The position numbers and the translations under genes are program-made. The notes below the pieces were generated by a model. The model searched no databases. It was not told the origin of the DNA and was given only the letters and a program-made list of their open reading frames with translations. DNA of 35,402 nucleotides, from the NCBI GenBank assembly GCA_000934665.2, contig JYFJ02004038.1:1-35402 (forward strand), given 5' to 3'. The stretch is from Catajapyx aquilonaris (Eukaryota). Shown in pieces: positions 10,655 to 21,953 of this stretch. How positions within the stretch are numbered: position 1 is the stretch's first letter; every line of letters begins with the position of its first letter.

Positions 10655-13600
10655 TATATCCAATCAGAAAACAAGAAAGCAGGTTGTGTCTGGATGGACA
10701 TAAATTAATTCTTCCATTAGTATCTTGCTTTCACTCTCTCCATGTTTGACCCATATGACATGATTTGACAGTCTTTCAGGTTGTGACAAATTAAAATCAT
10801 CGTGTAATGTGCTTTAGAGATGAATTTCTGCAATCTTCCAGGGTTTATTAAAGTACATCAAATTAATATTGAACGGTGCTCTGGGTTACAAGTTGATAGG
10901 GACACAAATGTGCTAATGCATTTCCCTTGGAAGTAAGCTACTTTGAACTTCTGCATTGTAGACAGTGCATATTTAGTGATTCATCTGGACTTTGAAAACA
11001 TAATATTCCTCCCTTTTTACTCCTTACACAATTACATTCTTGTACCCATCACATGTTATCACGAAATTGCTGCCCTAGCGTGGGTGCAAGGTTTCAAACC
11101 TGGTTTTTCATGGCCACATCTAAACTTGATACAGCAATCTTGTACAGGAAAGCTACTGAATCTGGTATGTAAGAGTGAACATTATGCCAGATTGCACTTT
11201 AATGCATGGAGTTATGTGCCCTTTGGGCCCCTGCCATCCTTGCTTAGGATGCAAGTGTTCCACTTGGATAGCCATGGTAAATCCACTTCTCTTGTCTTCT
11301 TTTCCCTGGGTAATGAGACTGAAAATCTTTCGCATTATTTTATACACCTAATTGTGTTCTCCATGACATGTTACATAGTTGAGATTACTAGCTTTTGCTT
11401 GTAATGCCAAATAGGTGACCAGTTCCTGTTGTGGCAGAAATATATTATTGTTGTGTGAAGAGCAGATAAGTGGTATTACCTTCAGTGCAAAGACCAGTGT
11501 GCCAGTGTAATCATCATATAATGAGTTTCTAACAGCTGATCATTCTTGCTTTTACTTGCATGCAGATGTTAGCATGTTGTATTTGATAAACAACCCAGAT
11601 TAGATAATTCCACTGGGATGGATTAATGAAGCTCATAAAATTGGGTATAGGTTAGGAAACTGAATTCAAGGATGATTGCCAATTTGGATGAAATTCAAGA
11701 GTTAGTGTTCTTAGTAATTGAAGGGGTTGGTTGGTGGAAAAACCAGATATGTACACTTTTGTTACTTTCGAGAAAACAAAGAAAAACTGAATTACCTGCT
11801 AATTTAAAAATGTTTCTAATTATAATTTTTTGTTTAATAGGGGGATACCAAAGTCTGTAGTGAACTGTGGTGCAAAGCACACTTCTTTATGGGTGCATAG
11901 GTACAGGAACTTAAGGCTGGGATATAGATAATCCGGACTTCTTCGAGTTACAACTCCTGCCGAAAGAGCAGGAGACACTGGATCCCACCCTCCCTACACA
12001 AAAGAATGGTCGCATTTGCGGTTGACCATTCCCTCTAGGCACAATAAAAACTGTGAAAATTAGGGTTCCCCCCACTTCTAGTAGTTCTCAAATCAGTCAA
12101 ATTTTGACAAAATTATTATTTGCCGAAAGGTTATAGCTAAATAGAAAAATCGGCTTCACGGGTCCGGAGCACCTCATTTTTCCGCATATTTTGGTGCTTG
12201 TTACGACATCACTTAAAATTTTACGACAGAGTAAATTACTCCCTAATGCAAATGACTTTTTAAAATACTACATTAAGAATATGGGAAAAGTACAGCACAC
12301 ATGTGTAAGAGAGAGGTCAGTTACACTTACACACAAAAAAAATCAGTTCTGCTGCTGTTAGTTAGCAAGAACTTTACTCCCAAATTCTCTATCCCCCCCC
12401 CCCCNGGGGGGGGGGGGGGGGGAATAAATCCAAATGTCCTTATATGATGAGGACTTTAGGACTCTAGAGGCTATATTTTCTCAGTGGAGGGTGTGACAGG
12501 TTTGATTTTTGAGCCAAAAGATGCAGAATGGTCCCAAGATAGCAGAAACACCCATAACTGATTTTCAGCCAAAAATGGACATATCCTGTTTTTCCACCAA
12601 ACCCTTCAATTGTTCATTCCGATAATATATTGTGATTGAACCACAATAGGACAAAAAAAATCACATTTGTGTATTGTGTTTTTAGGCATGGCAAACCAGT
12701 TTTGTGTGCCCCTAAAGGATAAGTGGTTTTTTCCTGCCATTATTAGAAATAAAGGCAAGTTCTATGCTGGTTAGGGTACTTTCATTGAATAAAACAAAAT
12801 CCATCTGCAAAGAAGGAGGGTGGAATGGCTTTTAACTATTTTTTTCTCTCCCTTGTACTCAGTTTTAGGGGATTCATTACTGTAATCCATCTTGGCAGGA
12901 TCCAAATGTCTAATCTTGGGTGCCTAGGGTAATAAACTCTACTGAATTATATTTTTAAAGGGCTGCCTTGTATGAACAGTACTGATGTTGATGAATCTCC
13001 ATTACCTGGAAAGGCTCAATTTTGTACGTGCATTACTCAAACCTGGTTTCGATAAGTGCAGTAAGTGAGGAGTACTACGGCATTTTTTAGTAATGGAATT
13101 ACAGCAATAGTGTGCAGGAAGCTTCCATAATGTAGCATCTGGCACATGGGAAACATCCTGAAGACCTAGTTTAAAACTCAATGGATCATCTGACCAATTT
13201 TTGGGATGTGACAACATTTAAAATTCTGATGTGTACTCATGTGGCTCATGGACTTAAAACAAGTTAGTTTTTTGCAATGATGTGTAATATTTCAAACAAT
13301 GTAAATGTAGGCCTGTGTGTACCCAAGATTACTTGTACAAAGAAAGATATCTGCAAATCATGATTATGCTTGTTTTGGTATGCAGTTATAATAGTAACAG
13401 GAACAGTGTCATGGAGGTTCGCAACTCTGTTTTATTATGATTAAAGGATCAAGGATTTGCAATATTTAAATCTAGAAAGTCAATTGTTTCTAGGAATATA
13501 AAAATGTTGCACATTTTTGGAGCCCTTGTCAAGCCGCTTGAAACTTGGGAGATTTGTAAATTCCCATATGCTTCCTCAAGTTGTAGACCAAGACTACCTC

Positions 13601-14006
13601 TTCAGCAGTATTATAGTTTTTAGGTTTTTTTTTAGCAAACACGACCATGCCATTTAGACCGAAAAGCTGAGGTTACAACACATGTTCCCCATTATTTTGA
13701 AGGAATCCATTCGAGATGTTCATTATTTATCAGTGTATTTGGATGTGATGTACTATGTCGTTCAATGGTTCCATTGCAAAATCGTCTTCATTTTTTTGAG
13801 CAATATAGTACTTGCTTGATTTTTCTGCTTGAGCTTCATGGAAAACTGAAGCATCAACATGTTGTTCTGATGATATAATTTGGTGTTTTTGTATGTTATA
13901 CAAGTAATTCTAATTGCTTCAACCGAAACTGTTGAATTGGCAGCACGTTTCTTATAATGTGTGCATTAAGAACCTATACTAATGTCTTACTCCTTGGAAA
14001 TACCAG

Positions 14007-14161
14007 AGCCACTGCTGTTGAGGCAGAAACTTCACCAGCATCCCCAGCCAGTCCCATTGAATCCAAGCCAGTAGAAAGACAAGTGGAAGCAAGACCCCAA
14101 GATGATGCTCTTGGCAGCATGGTCCGCTGTGTGTACTTGACCAAAAGCTACATTGTCAGTG
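14007..14161 (+). CDS. l(2)gl: Lgl exon F: ATAVEAETSPASPASPIESKPVERQVEARPQDDALGSMVRCVYLTKSYIVS
   Basis: taccag acceptor (phase 2) and G|gtaaga donor (phase 1). Conserved PVERQ-x-EAR...S-x-VRCLY-like motif. Confidence 0.93.
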
Positions 14162-14437
14162 GTAAGAAAGTGTCCTTTGATATCTCCCATGTTAACTAGA
14201 ATGAACCTCCAGGAAGAGCCCTTCTAAAGAGGAGTAAAGGGGGAAGTACTGCTCACAATTTAGGATTACATTTATCATGGGACGCCATGATACAAGGAGC
14301 AAAATAATTTGCCTACTGGATAACAAATAGGAAGGATTCCTGTAAGAGGTTTCTTTCTTGGTAGACCATCCACTAGTTGTAGTTACTAGAATCTAGACCA
14401 TGCTTGCCATAACAGCTGCTTTGTGTCACAATTACAG

Positions 14438-14554
14438 TGCAAAATATGACACCTACATTGTGGGCTGGCACCAACAGTGGCGCCATATACATCTTCACAA
14501 TTGCAGTGCCATATGGCGAGAAGCGGCACACTGAGGAAGTATCATGCTTGCTTG
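14438..14554 (+). CDS. l(2)gl: Lgl exon G: VQNMTPTLWAGTNSGAIYIFTIAVPYGEKRHTEEVSCLL
   Basis: ttacag acceptor and G|gtgagg donor. Conserved P-x-LWAGTNSG motif. Confidence 0.95.
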
Positions 14555-14623
14555 GTGAGGAGTAATTTGAAGGAAATGATTATTTCATGGGGCTTGTTTT
14601 AATATATATTTTATTTTGTGCAG

Positions 14624-15017
14624 CTAAGGAGATTCAGCTGAAACACCGAGCTCCAGTCCTAGCCATAGGAATTGTGGATGGTGTTGGCAGACCCCTACCA
14701 GAGCCCCTAGAAGTTGAGCGTGGTCTAGCAAAGGCTCCAGATGTGTCAGGCCACCACAGGGTCGTGATTTGCTCAGAAGAGCAGTTCAAGGTGTTCCAGC
14801 TACCCAATTTGAGGCCTTTCTGCAAGTTTAAGCTTACTGCACATGAGGGTTCCCGTGTCCGCAAAGTGGGATTCATTACGTACAGGTCTTCAGCAGACAA
14901 CAAGTATATTGAGAGCTGTGTCACCTGTCTGACAAATCAAGGAGACTTGATGATCTTAGCCATCCCTGACCTCAAACGACAGATGACTGTCAACTGCATT
15001 CGGAGGGAGGATATCAA
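14624..15017 (+). CDS. l(2)gl: Lgl exon H: AKEIQLKHRAPV...HRVVICSEEQFKVFQLP...KFKLTAHEGSRVRKV...CLTNQGDL...CIRREDI
   Basis: ttttgtgcag acceptor and AA|gtgagt donor (phase 2). Lgl C-terminal propeller motifs KEIQL-x-HRAPV, SEEQFKVF-x-LP and KLTAHEG. Confidence 0.96.
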
Positions 15018-15398
15018 GTGAGTTGTTTTGAAATTGTGCTGTATTGATTGCTTGATATTATACATTGTTCCAATTGAAGTGTTAAATGGGTACTGACAGG
15101 GGGGTCGAAGACATTACTCCTGTACCATGCTTGCCACTGCCATCATTGGTGTCATGACACAAAGTATGGTGTCAAGTTCACCCATATCAACTACCTCACT
15201 AAACCCTCCCCCCTGAGTTTGAGTTAGAAGTGTGTGAGTCTCAAGTCATTTTTGATATAACAGGGTGTTTTCCAATTTCATGCTTTTCAGTTTAGGCATC
15301 ATCAAATATCATGATGAATTTTTTTTTAAATATTATATTTGTTTTTAAATGTTGTGCTCAAGCTAAAATTCCTGAAATATTCAGGCAGGTAGCTGGTA

Positions 15399-15958
15399 CA
15401 GTCCCGCTCATAAAGAATGGTGCAACTCTATGGACGAAATGTTTATCCTGATTATCGAGCATTATTCCCAACCTTAATTCGACAAAATATGACCAAAATA
15501 TGTCTGAGGATAAGGTGATGTCTGAGGTGGGCAGGGGTGGGGGGTGGGACAGGTTGTTTGTAGGTTTATTCTCATGAGTTTTATTAGTTCATATGTTGGG
15601 TTAGCTTGCGTCTCCCTTCATCGCTGACTACCCCTCATAGGGAAATGTCGTGATGTTGTTGTTGTTGTTGTTAATTCGACAAAACCCTATGGACAACCTT
15701 TTCTGGACCTCTGGTGACTGGTATGACCCATCCCGATTTTTAAATAAAAATTTTAATGACCAAAATGTTCAACCAGGTGCAATGCTTACATAGATTTGAT
15801 GTGGATTTCCCCTTTTTTTCTCTTTTTTAAATTTTATTTTGATTCCCTTTTCCTGGACTTCCTCGTGACCCATAAAAACAAGCTGGCGACCCAGGGGTTG
15901 GGAACATAATAAACACTTCATCCATATAGAGTCGTACCATTCTTTATGAACGGTACTG
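15399..15958. mobile_element. Tc1/mariner-type MITE, copy 1, interrupted by a retroelement fragment
   Basis: ta|CAGTCCCGCTCATAAAGAATGG ... CCATTCTTTATGAACGGTACTG|ta. Homologous, in reverse orientation, to 34435-34820. Confidence 0.85.
15488..15670 (+). mobile_element. Non-LTR retroelement 3' fragment with a (GTT)n tail
   Basis: 14-bp direct repeat ttaattcgacaaaa at 15474-15487 and 15671-15684. Same family as 1-116. Confidence 0.85.
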
Positions 15959-15966
15959 TACATAAT

Positions 15967-16099
15967 GAGTACATTGCTAAACTCAGCCATTGCTGCAGCA
16001 AAACAAAAGAGTAACAATAAAATAACAATAAGTAATATTGTCATTTTATTGTTACTCTTTTGTTTCGCTGCAGCAGTGGCTGAGTTTAGCAATGTACTC
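15967..16099. repeat. 133-bp near-perfect palindrome (64-bp arms, 5-nt loop); foldback MITE
   Basis: gagtacattgctaaactcagcca...caata agtaa tattg...tggctgagtttagcaatgtactc. Confidence 0.9.
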
Positions 16100-16168
16100 T
16101 ATGATTCCCAAAAATCTAGTTCAGCCATTTTTTCACTTGGTTCACTGGCCATCCATCATGGAGCCTTA

Positions 16169-16782
16169 AAGCCTGTTTACGCCCTCACAATGTGAGCCAA
16201 ATTCGCGCAAACAATTTTTCTGTGGGGCACATGTGCGAAGTCGCATACCCAGCAGCTGTTCCTTTCACCTCCTTGATACTCTTTGTGAGGAGGTGGTCAG
16301 CCGTGGTGGGAGGGAAACTGGGTGGGACCGGAGGGGACTGGGGGAGGGGGGGGGGGTTATGTGTCAAGCAGCATTCCTAGCAGTATTAGACCAAGCTCCT
16401 ATGGGTCCTTCTTAGTTGCAGCCATCTTGGTGGAGAAGAAGGGCAGTCTCTATGAGGAAGCTGATTGGTTCCGAAAAGAGGGAGCAGAGGGAAGGCGGTC
16501 ATTCAAGTCAAAGTCGTTGTGCGCACGCCTTTCTGCTAGCTCTTGAGGGAGACTCAGAAGGAGGGAAAGCCTTGGATTGGCCAGGTGAAGTGGGAGGAGG
16601 GGGAAGGAGTAGCAGCAAGGGAGACGGATGCGTGCTTTCCAAGACGACGAAGACTGTCTCAAACAGATATGGTCACATATGCTGGAGTTGTTCCGACAAA
16701 ACCTAGGGCAACCCCCTTTTGTCGTTTGCTAAGCTCCTTGCCGCACGAATTTGGCTCACATCGTAAGGGCGTAAACAGGCCT
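16169..16782. mobile_element. Harbinger-like MITE with a GC-rich interior
   Basis: gcctgtttacgccctcacaatgtgagccaaattcg is inverted at 16745-16780, with tta flanks. Confidence 0.8.
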
Positions 16783-17126
16783 TTAACAGGTGTCAAAAAT
16801 TACACATTCTTAGGCCAGGCTGTATGCCAACCAAGAGGGAGGTCATTGCATCCCTACTGCTGTGGTCCTCTACCTCTGGCTAAGAAGGCAAATCTTTAGG
16901 TCTTTGCCAAGGTTAGGCTTGTCGTCACACAACATAATTTCCCATTTTCGCACACGCATGATTTACTTATGGCAGAAGCTCGAGGGCTAAACTAGTTCCT
17001 GGGGCAAACAACCCCTAACTTCTCCCCAGATTACTGTCTTGAATTGTGGGCTTATGCTGGGCAACACTCTGTATAATAGCCAAGGTGGTGCAGTTGAGGT
17101 AATTTTAAATATCTATTAATTATTAG

Positions 17127-17386
17127 TGGCATCAGCAGCTTGGTGTTCACCTGCAACGGAGAAGCTTTCTATCTGCACTCTTCAAGTGAGATGCAGCGGT
17201 TGACATTGTCCGCTAGCCATGTAACAGCTCCCCGTTGCCACCTGGAACTGCCAGAAGGTGTTCGTGTACCACTGGTATATGATTCAGCAGCTACTGCCGG
17301 TACAGTGGACATTCCTGAGGAGACTGTGGAAGAAGTGGCAGAAGTCAAGGAAGTGAAAGAAAGAGGCATTGAGGCAGAAAGGCCAG
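17127..17386 (+). CDS. l(2)gl: Lgl exon I: NGISSLVFTCNGEAFYLHSSSEMQRLTLSASHVTAPRC... followed by the start of the acidic tail
   Basis: ttattag acceptor and G|gtaagg donor. Joining gives the conserved EDINGISSLVFT...G..FYL.S.SE..R. Confidence 0.93.
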
Positions 17387-18209
17387 GTAAGGGGTGTCCC
17401 ATAATTTTCACAATATTGAGTATTTCACAGTTAGGAGGAGGGAAAGATATGTTGCTTTGTGGATAGTCGAGCCTGCAGTGTCACAAAACAATGAAAAATT
17501 GCTAACAAACCTGAACAAATATAGATTTTGTTCATATTAACTTGACAACCGAAGGTTGAGATGTTTCTCCTGTGCATCCCAAAGTAGTATGCCGTCTGTC
17601 ACCCACTGACCACCTATCTTCCAGACCAAAATCAAATCTAGAGATGAATTGTGGAGTGACTAATCGAAATGGATTGTCTCCTGACAAACACTTTTGAGAC
17701 ATTTGCAACAAAACACACATCCAAACTGTGAGCATTAGATGCATTAGTGCATGAGGGCGTTAGCAGCTGCAATTTTGCCGTTTCCTGAGATGTTCTGGGG
17801 CATGTACATGTGAAATTGACACAATTTTTGAACCTAAAAAATTTATTTATAAGAGTTGCATTTCATCCTTGAGAGATTTGATTTTGTTAAGTTTTGATTA
17901 GTCACCCCAAACACACACACTGTTGTGATCCTTTTCTTTCTGACAGCTGCATTCCTGTGCCTCTTGCAAAGCTTTTTGCAAATAAATGTTGAATCCTCTT
18001 CTCTTAGTAATAGTGCGGTAGCTCTATCCATCTTCCTCTTCACTACAATATATTTGTGTGCTAAGGCTTGGTCTTGGTTGTCTTTTTAAAGCCAAATCCG
18101 TTCGTTTATTCTTCCCTAGCAGTGGTGCTTCTATGCATATGGTGTAAAGGGTCTGTAAATATTGTGTCTTAAGATTGAAACTACTTATATCATTTCTGTT
18201 TATTTACAG

Positions 18210-18372
18210 AGGAGAAAGAAGCTGAAGTTGAAGCTCCCAAGGAAGGGGAGAAGAAAGATGAAGAGAAGAAAGATGAAGACAAGGCAATTGAAGTAAGGGA
18301 GAACAACATAGATGAGGAGAAGCACGATACAAGTGCTGACATTACCATTGATTCTGTCCGGGACCACTTGGT
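18210..18372 (+). CDS. l(2)gl: Lgl exon J: EEKEAEVEAPKEGEKKDEEKKDEDK...HDTSADITIDSVRDHLV
   Basis: tttacag acceptor (phase 1) and GT|gtgagt donor. In frame. DITIDSVRDHL resembles the LLGL1 tail motif DVTVEDVKDFL (recalled from memory). Confidence 0.85.
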
Positions 18373-18433
18373 GTGAGTATTTTGCAAAGAGGTGGATTGA
18401 ATTTGGGAGGAGGTAAATGGAAATGATTGGCAG

Positions 18434-18579
18434 GTCTTCAGCAATGGAGGAGTCGAAAGTGACAGAGTTGAAATCGGAACGGATTGAGATCAGCTCCCGC
18501 AAGATGGAGTCGGTGACAATGACCTCAAAGAAGACAACAACGACAAGTGAAACCACTATGATTAACAACGCAGCTGAAA
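18434..18579 (+). CDS. l(2)gl: Lgl exon K: SSAMEESKVTELKSERIEISSRKMESVTMTSKKTTTTSETTMINNAAE
   Basis: ggcag acceptor after a 61-nt intron and A|gtaagt donor. Phase-consistent and open. Confidence 0.8.
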
Positions 18580-19029
18580 GTAAGTGGTTCTCATGTGCTA
18601 CAAGTGCACATTAGCTAGGCTTTGTTTTTAGGTGTAGTTGTAGTCCTGCATGACCATTATTTTTCAACATTGCTATCTAGCTTATTTGTGGGTCTTTGGA
18701 TTTTATTTGCCAATTGGTTACCAGGCTTTTTTTTACATGCTTTTGTTCCAGTATGTGATAATTTTTACAGTGTAGGCAAAGTCATACATGTGTATAGTTT
18801 TATTTCGATGTTATCTTTGCTTTTAGCCAGGAGTTTTGTCCTATCATGTGAACCTTTCTGTTGCCGATTTGGTTATGGAATCCTCCATTTTTGGGAAGTT
18901 AATGTACTTTTTTGTTTGATTTTTTAAATGTGCTACTAGCTGTTGTGAATTTTGAGATGTCTTAATGTCCCATAGCTGCTGTTGTTGCATTGTCACTGAC
19001 CGACTGAGTGTTTGGTCCCTTCTCCATAG

Positions 19030-19127
19030 CCGTTCGCATTAATCATGATCACGATCATACTAGTGAGACTGCGTCCACTGATCAGAGTGAAGCCCAACCC
19101 AGTACAAGTGTTGCCATGCCTAATGAG
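19030..19127 (+). CDS. l(2)gl: Lgl exon L: TVRINHDHDHTSETASTDQSEAQPSTSVAMPNE
   Basis: cccttctccatag acceptor (phase 1) and GAG|gttaga donor (phase 0). Open in the expected frame. Confidence 0.7.
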
Positions 19128-19427
19128 GTTAGAAAGCTTTCATTCATTCATTCCTTGCAGAATATTAATCAATGGGGGCTTCTTAATAAGCTGACCAACT
19201 GACAATATTTTGCTTTGCCTTTGTTTATAATTTTTTGACACAGTTTTAAGAGTATCCCTTAATAATATTTTCGCTAATTATACCCCCACACCCTCCACCT
19301 GTAAGTACCAGTTCCATTTAGAGAAGTTATGTTTCTGACTCTTTTCTCCCTCTGGTGATTACTGCTATTAACCTGGTAAGCTTGGCACTGCTTGCAAAGG
19401 GGCTTGACTAATTGGTTAGCTGCTCAG

Positions 19428-19484
19428 AGGACATCACGAATGCCCATGCGGGAAAGTGTCACTGAGCAAGCTTCTCCTACATAA
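19428..19484 (+). CDS. l(2)gl: Candidate alternative proximal terminal Lgl exon: RTSRMPMRESVTEQASPT*
   Basis: Branch-like gactaat followed by a ctcag acceptor, phase 0. AATAAA at 19809-19814 downstream. Weak pyrimidine tract. Confidence 0.35.
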   Translation, partial: RTSRMPMRESVTEQASPT

Positions 19485-19951
19485 GGAATATAATTTTAGT
19501 GGCTAATGCACACTAGGCCTACATTTATTGGGGACTAATGGGTATCTAAGGGTGCTGATTTCATTTCATTTGAACCTGAATTGCTGAAGGGCTTCTAAAC
19601 GGTGTTGGGAATCATAAAAGCTACATCACATTTACTGCAGTACAGTATAGCAAACATTGTAACCTTCACGGAGGTTTTAGAAATTCAATTCTAATGTGTG
19701 CATACAAACTTTTCTGAGGCACAGAACACAAAAAGTGCATTATTTTCCATGTGATGCTGCAGACTACTAGAAAACAGTTTTAAGACAAGCATTATGATGT
19801 TGCATTTTAATAAATGTGATGAAGCTAGGTGAACATCTCCATTGTGCTTCCTGATGCTGTTGTGCTTGTCAAGCTTTCTTGTTCTCTGTGGAAATGTTTA
19901 ATAACCGTCTTGTACCTTCTCTTCCACTTGTTTGTCTACCCCCCTGTGTAG

Positions 19952-19960
19952 TCGCCGTGA
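19952..19960 (+). CDS. l(2)gl: Candidate Lgl microexon (TCGCC|gtgagt, 5 nt, or TCGCCGTGA|gtaagt, 9 nt)
   Basis: Long pyrimidine tract (about 19905-19950) and a tag acceptor, immediately followed by two consensus donors 4 nt apart. Confidence 0.4.
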   Translation, partial: SP

Positions 19961-20193
19961 GTAAGTATAATTCCTGTAACTTTTTGGCATGGCCTCAAGA
20001 GAGTAGGGTACTTTGTGTGATGCTTTAGTTTGCACCATACTTAATTACGATGAGCACGCAGCACCATATTGAAGATTAGGTGACAGTTGTGATTGTCTAC
20101 ATTAGTTGCACTTTGGGCATCATCCTCCATGGAGGTAGTTTTGATGCTGCTCCTTGATTGACAAATTTGTAGTTTGTTGGAGAGCATGAATAA

Positions 20194-20474
20194 AGCTGGG
20201 TTCACACTATCTGACAGTAGCATACAAAACGAACAAAACGGTACTACGGACCAATCAGAGCTACCGACCTTCCCTTCTGTTTCCACCAATGGGAGAGGCA
20301 GGAAAGCAGCAGGGTCGGAAGCAATGGACCGGACTACCGTAAAAAGCTGATTCTTTTCATATTTTCCATTTCGTAATTCCTGTCACCTCCCGTCATCCGC
20401 AAGTGGGCTCTGATTGGTCCACTATACCGTTTCGTTCATTTTGTATGCTACCGTCAGCTAGTGTGAACCCCCCT
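20194..20474. mobile_element. Harbinger-like MITE, TAA TSD, about 68-bp TIR
   Basis: taa|agctgggttcacactatctgac...ggaccaatcagagc is inverted at 20407-20474, followed by taa. Confidence 0.8.
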
Positions 20475-21520
20475 TAAGTAGTTGGGGACCTGCAACTTGG
20501 AATATTTCGTTCAGGATATTTTTACCAGCCATCTTATGCCAACATATTTATATCAGTTAGGGCCTGTTACAAAATCTGTAGGAAGCCTTTTTTTTAACAC
20601 AGATTTCGAACCTTGTAGTGGAAGTGCCATACCTCTCCTCTTGCCAGCCAATCACATGCAAAAATCATGTACAGCTGCATGCATGGTTGGCTTGGGGGAA
20701 GAAAGGGCCAGTACTTCGCTGCAAGGTTGGATTAGATTGAGCATAGCGAAGTGCGAGCTAGAATTACAAAAGACTAGGTGAGATCAGAGATGTGTACTGG
20801 TCGGAACTTGGTGACTTTGGAATTTGTATAGATTTTAAATGACTGCAGAGAGTAGCATGCAGGAATTTTTACTTTCAATCTATATGACACTAGCAGATGA
20901 CAGCCAATTTTTACTTGCATATAGTTAACTAAATCCAACATTTTATGAAGCTGATGGTTGTGCACTTCTGCTTACACCCTGTGATATTATAATGCACAAC
21001 CTGTAGTGCGCAATCATCAATATCATTGAATTTTTCTGGGTCAGGCATGGTGGTTTCGACAGAAATTAAGGAATAACCTCCAATTAGGCATTATGATTGT
21101 TATGCATAATTGCAGATTTTCTTCTAATTTGTGTTCATGCCACTAGGCCTTAGTGAACGATTTGTAACTATAAAAATTAGGCTGCTTTTCTGCCATTGCC
21201 AAGGAAATTGAAAATAACAAATCCAAGATATTACATTCATCTCCTGTGGTCATTTGAATTTTGAAAAATTGAAAATTTACTAGTTAACACTACTATGCAT
21301 CTTTGACACCAAAAATATTGTTTGATACAGTTCAGTTAAATTATTTATTAATAGTTCTGTGTGTAGTATAGGCAGCGGACCCCCGAGAATGCATGTCTGG
21401 CACCTCCCACTTTTAATTTTTACAAAGGACTCCCAGGTTGCCAGAAGGCATGTGACATTTTTGAAAGAACGTTGTTACTATATAAAACAACTACATACAG
21501 AAGTACATCATATCTCAATA

Positions 21521-21849
21521 GGGGAGGCTTGGTGGCCGAGTTGGCAACGACTCAGCTTGCTGAGTGAAAGGTCCCGGGTTCGATCCCCACCTGGGAGTTC
21601 CGTTTCGCCTGCGTCAGGAGGGTCTCTGATTGGAGGCGTCTGGCAACCTAACCTCCAGGGAGACTGCACATGACCCCTTTTCCGACATTGCACTTGCACC
21701 TGTCTCCCCTGCCCAGAAATCCCCATCCCTACCGCATGTGCTTTCATCCTTGCACGGTCATTGAAGAAAAAACACAGCAAATTGATGGTAAAATTGCCGT
21801 ATTCCACTCCCCTAAGAGGGAGGTAACAAAAAAGTAAAAAAATAAAAAA
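21521..21849 (+). mobile_element. Full-length tRNA-derived SINE (family 1)
   Basis: Pol III A box TGGCCGAGTTGG, B box GGTTCGATCCC, A-rich tail, and a perfect 17-bp TSD tacatcatatctcaata (21504-21520 and 21850-21866). Second copy at 34961. Confidence 0.92.
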
Positions 21850-21953
21850 TACATCATATCTCAATATCAATTTACATAATGAAAATCACAAGTACCTGAG
21901 TAATATTACCTTTGCCAGTGGAATGTTTTTAATGAGGTAATGTTTGCTTCATT

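Noticed and set aside
12393..12422. Poly-C / N / poly-G run (similar runs at 25940, 27164 and 30824) as G-quadruplex or hairpin elements
   Set aside because: The runs contain N bases, so lengths and junctions are unreliable and probably sequencing or assembly artefacts.
16185..16899. Cluster of overlapping short ORFs
   Set aside because: GC-rich MITE interior with no coherent protein or transposase motif.
1052..17386. Tomosyn (STXBP5) as an alternative identity
   Set aside because: The aPKC polybasic motif is Lgl-specific, and I found no C-terminal R-SNARE domain.
18190..18568. Minus-strand hydrophobic or Ser-rich ORFs (also 9391-9633, 14634-14924 and 17169-17411)
   Set aside because: Antisense shadows of purine-rich Lgl exons.
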